Source: Eledone cirrhosa (lineage: Eukaryota). Taken from it: DNA of 64,000 nt. A program made the position numbers and the translations under genes. A model generated the notes under the pieces. That model was not told where the DNA came from, ran no database searches, and was given only the letters and a program-made list of their open reading frames with translations. Positions 50,367 through 61,319 of this stretch are shown one piece after another. Every line of letters starts with the position of its first letter. Positions within the stretch are counted from its first letter, which is position 1. The stretch lies in NCBI GenBank assembly GCA_964016885.1, contig OZ024744.1:26164001-26228000 (forward strand), in the 5' to 3' direction.

Positions 50367-53300
50367 GCGGCGATGAATTAGTTTTGCGAGGTTTTTTATA
50401 TGAAAATCGTGTGTCGAAACAAATATTGTTATACTTGGGGAGGGTCATATTTGTGTAATATTGCCAGAATTAATAACAGAACACACTCACTGTTTGGTTG
50501 GTTTTCGCTTCTCGCTGTCTTTTATATCGGTAATCTAACTTACTCGGTCCTCAATGTTGCCATTGACTGACCGACGGTCAAAAATAATACAGATACAATA
50601 TAGACACAAACACATATATATAGTTTATCATAAATCTTTCGTTGCACATCTACAACATCGTCAGTGGTGTTATATTTTCCTCCTGTTGTATTGTATGTCT
50701 ACGCCATTTTTATTCAGTCTGTCTAAATATTTATTTATTTATTTGCTTGTTTGTTTATTTTATTTTGTCTTCTTTGCGCATGCGTTTGCGTGTGTGTATA
50801 GTGTTTTGTTTGCTGTGTGATGGGTGACTGGTGTGTGTTTATGTGCTTCTTGTTATTGTGCTTGTGTATGTATTTATTTATTTATTTTATTTTATTTACT
50901 TATTTATACTTCTCTTAGGTCAGTGTTGTTTGTTTGGGTGTTGTTGTTATTCCATTCATTCTTTCTGTTTAGCCTTGGTCTTCTAATTTCTATTTCACTG
51001 GCCTCTCTGATTTGCCTATCTGCTAGGTCATTTCTATGTTTAGATATTATTCTAATTTCTATGTTGTCTATGTTACCGTCATGTTGTTGTCTAGCATGTT
51101 CGTATAGTACTGACCCGTTTTTTCGTCCTTTTAGTTCTCCCCAGTGTTAGTCTATCCTTTCACCTATGCTACGAGCTGTCTCACCTATGTATGTTGCTGT
51201 CATGTTTCTACAAGTACCCTCTGTACATCTTATGCTATAGACTACGTTTCTAGTTTTACAGTTTATCCGGGGGTTCACCTTACATATGATACATTTCTTA
51301 TTGGTACAGTGGGTTTTCTTAAAAGGGTAGGTTTTGCTGATCAGGGATTTTATGGTGGTTCCTGGCTTTTCTACCACCTTTATTTTTAAGTGCGTCTTTC
51401 TCAGGGCCTTTCTACACTGGTTAGCTAATTTACCTCAAGGGGTAGCGTCCACAAACATGACACTCTGGTATCTCTGGTTGTCGTACCATGAGGTGGCTTT
51501 CCCTATCTTATGTCTAGCCCTATCTAAGCTATTCCATGATTTGCTCCTGTATAATGGGCAAATTCCTTTCATGTCCAGTTCTATGAGGGTCTTATACTTC
51601 TCCATGGCTCCTTCGTATACTCTGACTCTGTCTCTTTGGTTGTAGCCAGAGAACTGCATGCGGTTGATGAAGTGTTGGATGTATCTTTCCATTTCTGTTG
51701 GGTCGCACATGCGGGACACATTCTTCATCACTCGTACCAAATCTGCGATCAGAATATTAAACTTAGCACTACTGGACATTGCTGAGTTTTTGAGTATCAG
51801 GTATTTGGAGACCATGGATTTAGCATAGTGTGAGTGGAGAATCTGGGCTCTCTCGTCTGTAGTGTTAATCCAGAGTTATGTGTCTAATACAGGTAGTCTA
51901 TTGTTAGGGTGTTTGGAAGGGAAGTCGATAGTTACAGTTATACTCTGGTGTATGGAATTAGCTATCTGCTGGATGCTTTCCATCGTGCTACGTTCTAAAT
52001 CAAACTTGTTAGTGCTCTCTAGTGGAGGTGTTCTTATAACTATATTGATATCGTCTACATAACGAGAGTACATGATGAGGTCTATGGAGATCTCATTAAG
52101 GAGATCTTTAAGCCTCCTTTCCCACCATACCATGAAAAGGTTGGCAACATCACCAGCTATGCTGACGCCGATGGCTGCTCCCTCATTTTGGGTGTAGATC
52201 TTCTCGTTGAACTTAAATATGTGGCCCTTTAGGGTAGTTTTGATACTAGCCCCTATTGCATGTGCGACCATTTTTCTTACCTGATCATTGTTTTGGGGGG
52301 TCCGTATAGCTTTGGTCCACCCAATCCACCTTCCCATGGGAGTCTTTTTTGCCATTGAGGTTATGGTGGGGGGTCTACCTCTTATAGGTCTACTAGGGCA
52401 GAAACATCTAAGGTCATGGCTGTCTAGGTAGTCAGTGTCGTAGGTAAGTCTAAGTAGGAGGCCCAGTTCGTCTGTGTCGACGTTGCAGAACTCCACCTCA
52501 CTCTCAATGATCACCTCCACACATCTTTTCACAGCAAAATCAATGTTAATGGATGGGTACAGTGACACCACATCCATGCTGCCTATTATGAAGTTGGATA
52601 GGCTCCTGTTTTTGTTGCACTCACTGATTCTGCTGAGGAGATTTTCTGTACTGTCACATACATCTGGGGACATCTTCATTATGGGGCGTATAACCATTGA
52701 GAGGAAGTAGGAGATCCTGTAGTTACTAGCTATATTAGCTCCGCATACGGGTTTTGTTGGTGGTCCTATTGTTGGGTCGTCGACTGTCTTGTGGTCTTTG
52801 CGGAGCCCATACAAGGGTGGTATGCCATTGTTAGACGCCTGGAAGTTGTTGGCAGTGCGTCTGCTTGGCTTTAGGATGTCAGTCCACATCATCATGTGAG
52901 CGTTGAGGATTTTCTCTCTCCCATCGTGTGTTTGTTGTGCAATTTCGCTCGTCTTGGTGATGTGGGGTTGCATAGCCTCGATGTAGTTCGGCATGCTATC
53001 TATTGACATCCTACCAGACTTATCCGTGGGTAGACATACTACCTCACCATCCCTTGTGCGCTGCTTGAGGCTAACCAAGCCTTCTACAGGTTTCCTCCCA
53101 AGTTGTTGGGCCTCTGGTCTGCTCTGTCTCTTAGTATACCGGTCTACTATTTGTCTAATCTTATTTCTAGCTATGGTGAACTGTGCCTCTGTCTCGTCAT
53201 CTATTTGTTGTTGTATGCAAACTCTTTTATTAAAGGGTAACCTCGTAGGATAGATATTACCCATCTTATATGTTTTGTCAGCTGGGTTGAAAAATAATTT

Positions 53301-54030
53301 CTCTAAGGGGTTGTCATTATATCTATCGTCATAGTTGTGTGTGTTGCTATTATTGTTATCATGGTGGTTGTTGTTGTTCATATCATTAGCATTATTATTA
53401 TTGTTATGATTGCTAGATGTATTGTTGTTTACTTCACCGTTATTCTTGTTGTTACTGTTATTTCTACCATTGTGGTTGTTACTTTTATTATGTTTCTTGT
53501 TTTTGTTGTGTCTATCATTAATGTTGCTACATGTACTATTTCCATTATTACCACTGTGGTTATTGTTGTTGTTGTTCGTATTGTTACCGTTATTACTACT
53601 GTGGTCGCTGCTGCTGTGTCTGTGGTTAATGTTTCTATTATTATTATTATTGTGGTTGTTGTTCTGTCTATCGCTAGTATTATTACCATTATCACTATTT
53701 CTCACTTTCCTGCTATTGTTATAATTATGGCTGTTATTTCTCTACTCAGAGTTATTGTTTATATTACTACTACCGTTATTGTTGTTGTTTACCTTTGCCT
53801 TCCAACGTATTTTTGTGAAACACTTTTCCAGCTCCGTTTTGCACTCCATAGCGTTAATCTTTTTGTAGATGGCAAATTTTGGTGGTAGCCGCAGGATTTG
53901 TTGTTCTTGTTCACTGATTAAAGTGTTCCCATAGATATTTACTGTGTGGTCATTGGTAAATTCTGCTCGGCCGAGACAGTTGGAAAGGGCGTGCTGAATA
54001 TTTGCGAGTGTAAACTCCCCCGAAGAAGAA
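50365..54030 (-). mobile_element. Near full-length Penelope-like element (Neptune-like, C-terminal GIY-YIG)
   Basis: RT, Cys linker and GIY-YIG in one frame; 3' terminus abuts (TA)n. Confidence 0.88.
50904..53705 (-). pseudogene. PLE polyprotein (Asn-rich N-terminus, RT, GIY-YIG) with three in-frame stops
   Basis: PTDKSG, LYGLRKDHK, SMDVVSLYPSI, Q..GAAIG, RYVDD, LPVLD, C....C..C, VVYSIRC..YIGETARS..ER..H; stops at 51876, 51435 and 51147 all in the same frame. Confidence 0.9.
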
Positions 54031-54349
54031 GATATATAGTATATATAGTGTATATATAGTGTATATTAATGTTGTGACGTCACTGGTAACAAGCTGTATC
54101 AGTCATTACCTTTCCCTTGGACAACATCAGTGACGTAGAGAGGGGAGGCTGGTATGTATGGCGACTGCTGGTCTTCCAGAAACTACTTTGTCTGGACTTG
54201 TGCCTCGGAGGGGGACTTTCTAGGTGCAAAACCCATGGTCATTCCTGACTGAAGGGCGACTTTTCCCTTTACTCTTTATATATATATACATATATATATA
54301 TTTTAGGATGGTGGTTTGGACGGAACAAGTGGAGAATAGAAGAAAGAAT

Positions 54350-54420
54350 CCTTCGTCAGCTGTAATCCGCGATCCAGATGTTTCGGTGCTTATTTACAGG
54401 ACATCTGTAGCGATCCGCGG
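54350..54420 (-). ncRNA. Non-circularly permuted (pseudoknotted) hammerhead ribozyme candidate
   Basis: Minus strand reads CCGCGGATCGCTA-CAGATGT-C-CTGTAA-ATAAGCA-CC-GAAACATCTG-GATCGCGGA-TTACAG-CTGACGA-AGG. Confidence 0.75.
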
Positions 54421-55007
54421 TGCGCCCAAGGCCTTTTCTTAATGAAAAGGCCAAGAGGAAAAGAAGAGAAAAAGGAAAAGAGGAACCAGAACAAATGGGG
54501 AAACTAAGCGCCGAAAGTTCAAAGGCTGACTATCAAGTAGTGATGCTAGAGCTGTGAAATCTTGCATGCATTAACTTCAACTTTTATTATTAATAATTGC
54601 ATTGTTTCTTACCAGGAACTATGTTGAAAAATAAACCTCATTTGGTCATTCCCTGAGAGTATCTTGGCCAGGCTCTGAACATGGCAACTCTAGTATTACT
54701 CAAAATAAATTCGTTCAAAATGATGAACCATATATAAAAAGAAAATGATGAACCATATGATCAAAAGAAAAGCTCGAGGCAACATACGACTCTTAGAGAA
54801 ATATGTGGTAGTCTCCCTTGTATTTCTGATATTGGGTGAAAGAGAAAAGTTAGATGTGCGGGCCGTTGTTATCACACCTCACACAAAGCTATGTCGCTGT
54901 TAGTAATTTGTAAACCAACATCCGTTAACAATTAAAGAGGAGGCCATCTTTCCTCCGATTTATATGCCATAGCCAAAGACACTGGTATAAACGATCAGGT
55001 TCTAGGC

Positions 55008-55367
55008 CAGATATTTTCAAAACTTTGGGGCCACCGACCTCCATCACGATCACGTAATACCTTCAGCACGCACACCCCTATTTCCAGTGAAACCTACCTA
55101 CAAGCTAATTGTAAATAATATATAATAAATAAAATCTTTAATTTATATATAATAAATAATATAATATATACTATGTATAAATAAATATTATATATTTTTT
55201 ATTTTACTATATTTATATATATATATGTATCTTTTGATACTTAATATACTATTATATCATCTCTACCGCCCCCTCACCACCACTCTCTTAGACCCTAGCG
55301 TACCCTGGACCTCCTCAATTCACCCCTATCCCTCCGGGTGTGGTAGACCCCATTTTGAGAACCTCTG
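55008..55367. mobile_element. hAT (Charlie-like) MITE
   Basis: Right TIR TTTGAGAACCTCTG, degenerate left CAGATATTTTCAAA; 8-bp TSD TTCTAGGC/ATCTAGGC. Confidence 0.75.
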
Positions 55368-55588
55368 ATCTAGGCTATACAACGATGATGGTACCTCATA
55401 TAAAATAATTGCACTATTTTAGGGAATATATAAGCAATATATTATTGCTAATCCAAGTACAAGACGGGCACATAATAAAATCATTATCAATCTGTTTATT
55501 GTGGGTGAAATCGTTAGAGCGTCGAGTAAAGGCTTTGTGATGTTTGTTACAGTGGTTTATGTTCTGAGTTGTTAAAATAAAGAGTAAT

Positions 55589-55692
55589 TCTTCTTCTTCT
55601 TCTTCTTCTTCTTCTTCTTCTTCTTCTTCTTCTTCTTCTTCTTCTTCTTCTTCTTCTTCTTCTTCTTCTTCTTCTTCTTCTTCTTCTTCTTC
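55589..55692. repeat. (CTT)n microsatellite
   Basis: Directly visible. Confidence 0.98.
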
Positions 55693-56399
55693 TTTATAAT
55701 GACGTTTATAACAGCAAAATAACACGCTCTTCAAATTGCATACGAAGTTAGGGAGAACAGATTTGAATAGAATTGTGTTTGTGAGAGGACAAAAAAAAAG
55801 ATTCAAATAACTACTTTATTGCTATAAGATATACTGAGGAAAACAAATATTGACATAGGAAAAGAAGGGAAATATGCCGACAGATTGGACTAAGGCTAAA
55901 GGAATTAACTTTTCAGTTTTCAGTGGTCTTACCGTTGATGATACTATCTGTCGCTCACAACTTCAATCATAATACAATAAAAAAGGTGACTTCATTAGCA
56001 CTAATATAAACACATACATACACATACAGAGATACACACACACATATACACATAGAGACACATACATACACATACGCACTCACACACATAAATATATATA
56101 TATACATCCACACGCACACTCACACATACATACACCCACATACACACTCATACATACCCACATACACACCCACAAACATACAAACAAACCATTAAACCAA
56201 CAGTTGTACAAGTAAAGCCACTATAATCACTAAGGTTTCCTTTCTTTCTTTAGTCGTTTTCTAACGCTGTTTGTATGACACGAAAATTGAATATAAGTGA
56301 TTTCGAAGAAATGAGGCCGATATAACAAAGTTGAGTAACCACAAGATACAGTTTACTCCCAGACTACAATGTTAAGGAATGAGAAAAGAAAAAGATCGC

Positions 56400-56492
56400 A
56401 CAGGTACAGGAGATTTATCTGTCTGCGTTGTAGAAGCTTCTAAAAGCGACCCTTTTTACTACTCCAGAATGCCTCAAGCAAACTTCAACAGT

Positions 56493-56497
<5 letters not shown>
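56400..56497 (+). repeat. Dispersed repeat ending at (TA)n
   Basis: GAGATTTA.C..T.TGC.TTGT.GA.GCTTC...AATGC.TCAAGCAAACTTCAA also at 42075-42183 (+) and 50035-50135 (-). Confidence 0.75.
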
Positions 56498-56586
<89 letters not shown>

Positions 56587-56589
<3 letters not shown>

Positions 56590-56786
56590 TTTTAATATAG
56601 ATGAGATTCTACAGGACTAGAACTGTTTCATTCTTTAGAAATTACCAGGAATCAGATTCCTGGTGATTTCTAAAGAATGAAACAGTTCTAGTCCTGTAGA
56701 ATCTCATCTATATTAAAACTTTTATACTCTGCAATGTATTGAATACCTTACTTACTGTGGTTACCTCCGATTCAACCCGGAATAAC

Positions 56787-56787
<1 letters not shown>
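56587..56787. mobile_element. 135-bp palindrome centred on 56654 with about 65-nt right tail, in (TA)n
   Basis: AAGTTTTAATATAG...GGAATC-A-GATTCC...CTATATTAAAACTT; contains GAAACAGTTCTAGTC resembling an HHR 3' half. Confidence 0.9.
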
Positions 56788-56825
<38 letters not shown>

Positions 56826-57145
56826 AATATAATTTCAGGGAGGTTTGCGGCAAACGCTCAATGTACTAAAAGAAGACCAGACCAATTAACATAGGTTATA
56901 GAGGCCTAAGAAACTGAAAACGGCCGTCATGAATCTATCAGCCACCGGAGCCAAAATAAACGAAGCAACCTAAACAGGTTAACAAAAGAATTTACCTGGA
57001 CCTCCTGGAAATTGATAGTATAATCCAGTGGGAGCCCTGTGACACCTAAAGCAATTATACTGCCTTCTTTCGTTGTAAGCTTTTGGTATAACGATCGAAC
57101 AAGGTTGCCATTTCGTCAACAGGTATTTTATTCTCAGCCGCCGAG

Positions 57146-57177
<32 letters not shown>

Positions 57178-57179
<2 letters not shown>

Positions 57180-57581
57180 GGGGGGGTGTAGCTTGGAGTT
57201 ACTGCAGGTTCACCCGGGAGAGCACTCGATGTTTAGGTTCTATTTTCTGTTGAGGTGTAGAGCTATACAGAGTGTAATATATTGAATGGATAACAAGGAC
57301 GATTGGTTACTCCTTCATTGCATTTATTGGTAGGTGACGCGCGTTTCGCCACTGATCAGCTCAAGGTTCGATCTGTATCGATCCTACCCGACTCAATGAT
57401 CGGCAGCTCGACGGACCCTTTTTCTTATAGCACTTTAAGGGGTCCGTCGAGCTGCCGATCATTGAATCGGGTAGGATCAATACAGATCGAACCTTGAGCT
57501 GATCAGTGGCGAAACGCGCGTCACCTACCAATAAATGTAATGAAGGAGTAACCAATCGTTCTTGTTATCCTTTCAATATAT
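57178..57581. mobile_element. Palindromic element (about 144-bp arms) with about 100-nt left tail in (TA)n
   Basis: 57277-57420 is the reverse complement of 57437-57581; each arm has CTGATCAGTGGCGAAACGCGCGTC...AATAAA. Confidence 0.9.
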
Positions 57582-57684
57582 ATATATATATATATATATA
57601 TGGAGAACAGAGTTGGCTGTGTAGTTGCTAGTTAAGGTAGGATTAAAAATGGAATGAGAATAAGAAGAAAGCAAGAAAGGCTTT

Positions 57685-57750
57685 CCTCATCAGTTGTCTA
57701 CTGCGGTTCTCGGATATTTCAACGGTTTAAAGACAATATATCTACCTCCA
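57685..57750 (-). ncRNA. Second non-circularly permuted hammerhead ribozyme candidate
   Basis: Minus strand reads TGGAGGTA-GATAT-A-TTGTCT-TTAAACCG-TT-GAAATATC-CGAGAACCGCAGT-AGACAA-CTGATGA-GG. Confidence 0.7.
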
Positions 57751-58269
57751 GATCGTTCAATAACTAGGTAAGTTATTGGGAAAACGAAGGAGAAGGGGGA
57801 GGGGAAATAGAAGGGAAAAGGGAAAAAATGGAAGAAAAGAGAAAACAGCGAAAAAAACCCAACAAACCGAGGAATGTGCGAGCAAACTTCCCTTTTTTCC
57901 CTTTTCCTTTCGGTTGGATTTGAACTCATATTATAAAGGGCCGTAACTCTATGCTGCAAAGCATGGCGTCCGACCCTCTACCGATAATGCCAATCCAACG
58001 ACCTAATAATAATAATGATGATAATGATAATGATTTCATTTATTGGCCACAAGAGGGCCGGCATACAAGGGACAATACAGTGAAGGTTTACAATTAACCA
58101 TATTAAAATAATGTCATAATGTCATTAGGGAGATAAAATAAAAGCTGCCCAAATATTTCTATCATTGTCTTTTGCTGAATTGCAGTAAATTTTGCTTTCA
58201 GTTCTTTTGTAACGATTCTTTGGAATGTGGTCTTCGGTCTTTGTCTCTTGCTGCGACCTCCTGGTAGTT

Positions 58270-61200
58270 GACGTCGCCTGGGATCGTCTTGGAAGCAGGG
58301 CCGCCTGCACAACGATCTCAGGTCGCTAAACATAGATGTTGTGGCCATCAGCGAGACCAGAATATCCGAGGCACAGGCATGCGCACCCATTTTCGGTGGT
58401 TATGAGGTCTCCGAGCCGTCCCGGTTCCGGGTGGGGTGCTGTGTTGTTCCGGAGAAGTCTGAATCTCGAGATACAGGCCGTCCTCTTGGATCCAGAAGAT
58501 AAGTTGGTGGTGCTGGGCGTGACCAGCGGAGAAAGGCAAGCTTTCAGGCAAGTGGCCGTTTATGCCCCGACAGGAGCAGGACGGCATAACTTCTTCCGGC
58601 ATCAGGGGACCTTTCTTGGAAAGTCCCGCTCTTTAGTCTTAGATGCACGCTGGGAGTGTGTGAGATTAGCGGATAGTGGTGGAAGGTGTAAAAGCCTCGC
58701 AAACCCGCTCAGACGTGTTCAACTGTTTGACAGGTACCATCTGGATTTCCCGAATGTGCCAATGTGGACATGGACAAACCGCATCGGGTCATCCAAATCA
58801 TATCTAGATAGAGTATTCTGTAGGGAAATAGATAGGTCTAGTTTAGGTTGTCCCCAATTCAAGATAGTCGACTACATGGACCAAAAGTTCGTGATCTGTG
58901 TGGTTGACTTAGATAGGTTTCATAGACAAGGACCCAGCTACTGGAAGCTAAACGCGTCGTTAACAGGACACAAAGCTTACAGAGACCGGATTGGCGAATT
59001 AGTTAAGCGGGCATTGACGGGTGCAATCGTCAATAACAAATGGTGAACAGGTTAGCAAAGGCGCTTAGTAAAGGCATCGCGACCGAAGTGCTTGCGGCGA
59101 AATTGGCCCCAGACCAATACTTCAACGCAAAGCACGAAGGCTGCGTTGTCAGAGCTAGGGTGCGTTCTCTTAGACACAAGGGGACGAAAGCCGTTCGATG
59201 GGCCTGTGTGGCGGAGGCGTGTCGTGGCAACAAAGCCATGAACCTGTCTTTGGCGGACCACGACGGACGCATGTTACACGATCCCGGGCAAATGTGTGCG
59301 GCTTTTCAGCGACACTTCGCTCAACTGTTCGAAGGCAGCGCCGGGCCGGATCGTGGGATGGACTTTAGTGCCTACCTCCACGGACTGCCGCGGCTATCGG
59401 CCACTGAGGCGGAGTGTTGCGAAAAGCCGATAACAGCCGTTGAATTACGGGAGGCAATGACTGGCTGCACAATCGCCTGGTTTTGATGGTCTGCCCTACA
59501 AACTTTACGTACACATGCCAGACATCTTTGGAGACCTCTTGATGGATGTCTACTGCAACTAGCAGCAGAGCGGGAGAATTCCCAGCTCTATAAGCTGAGG
59601 AGCGGTGGCGCTGCTGAGAAAGGATCCGAACAAGGGGATAACATAAATAATTTCAGGATCATAACTCTGCTAAACACAGAGTTCAAGATTTTGGCTAAAG
59701 TGCTAGCAAAGAGGTTGGCGCTTTTCGTCGGTGGTCTGGTGGGAGAGGCGCAGACATGCGCCATTGCTGACAGATCCATCCACGACAACATTCACCTCAT
59801 GCGGTTCATCGTGGAGAGAGTAGCTAGGGAACCTGGTCCGGGTGGGTCCATGATCAATTTAGATCAGTCGAAAGCTTTCGATAGGGTCGACCATCGTTAT
59901 CTGGCGGCAGTCCTGAGGGCGGCTGGCTTTGGGCTTGTCTTCGGAGGCTGGGTCGCTGCCATGCACAGCGACATCTGCTCTGTGGTGAGAGTGAACGGTC
60001 TCCTTTCGGAATCGTTCAACATCATGAGCTCGGTCCGCCAAGGATGACCCCTCCCATCGACTGTTGTATGTCCCTGTTGTATGTATCGAGCCATTACTGT
60101 ACAGACTGGAAACGTTGAGGGGGTCCCGCGCGAACTGGGATGCGGAAGAACCATGTCAGTATATACAGTCAACGTCATCGTATTGGTGTCGAATGTCAAA
60201 CACATTCATGCGATCGGCCCTGGCTGATGATGCGCTCAGGTTACGGCATCTCCACCTCTTCCTCGACGGTGATCCGGTGTGGTCGCCGTTTGCTAGACGC
60301 GTGTTTCCCCAGCTCGTCTCCTTGACGGAGCTGCAGTCCTGGGTCAAGCGAAGACCGAGAGGGAGCGCTTGGAGACTGGAATGTCTTCAAGCGCTTACAG
60401 CCCTCGACCAGTCGGGCAATGTGATCGGTGGAAACTCCACTGTGGCGTTCTATAGAGGATTAGTGGAGGGGAAGAGCGACGACGTACCTGAGGGGACTCT
60501 GGGCACCGATAAAAATCAACTAGCCAAGCTCTTCGGGAGAACTTTCGGGCCGAGACCTAGGGACGACTTCCAGAAATCCTTGGCTTGGCAGTGCTACCGA
60601 GGGGCTTTGCCAGTTCGGGATAAACTCTACAGGCATTGAAGTGCCGTCATTCGGGCAATTCCGAGGTGCGTGCAGGGCGACGAAACCGTCCTGCACGCAC
60701 TCGCCCAGTGTCCGAGCATTGCTGACTTGAGGGCTTATGTCGAACACCTGCAGTCGCGGGAAGGACTGATTCGGCTATCAGCTGAGTCCATCGTGAGGAT
60801 TGCTCCGCCGCCTTCCTTTAGCTGGGAATGTCAGGCAGTTTTTATCTGTCTGGTGACCATGGTAATAGAGATCGTATGGTGGACACGTCTGAAAGGGTTG
60901 AAGACAGGTACTTTCCTCTTCGGTGACGCCTTCATTAACCTGAAAAGGGAAATCAGGGTGGAGTGGGAAGTGCTGTCTTCCAGCCAGTTTGTTGAAAGAT
61001 TAGTGAGAGAGGTAAGAATTGTGAACGGGCCTACCCTGAGTGTGTGCCTGTAGCATCGTAGGAAGAAAACTGGAAGAGGGCTTTTGCCCTACCGGTCAGG
61101 GTAACCGTCTCTTTTTTGTGGTCTTTCTCCACGAGTGATCCTCGGAAGACACCCCTTCTTGGGGAATATTTCATTGTTTTTTTTTTGTCACATCCTCTGT

Positions 61201-61308
61201 TTTTGTTTTTCTCTTACACGCAGAAATGCCCATTTAAACCGACCTGTATTGTCCTGTGTTGTCCTTAATGTATACTTTGTGTCAACCCTTGTGGTTAATA
61301 AAGAAATC
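58270..61308 (+). mobile_element. Degenerate Tx1 ORF2 region with internal deletion and complete 3' UTR
   Basis: Collinear with 20139-23770 in reverse; jump near 60220 from the YADD region to ALRLRHL; ends AATAAAGAAATC-(ATT)3. Confidence 0.93.
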
Positions 61309-61319
61309 ATTATTATTAT

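Noticed and set aside
51147-51878. Selenocysteine or readthrough recoding of the in-frame PLE stops
   Set aside because: Two of the three stops are TAA, so simple nonsense mutations are more likely, and I recognised no SECIS.
57900-58003. tRNA gene
   Set aside because: A/B-box-like head of a degenerate SINE; no cloverleaf.
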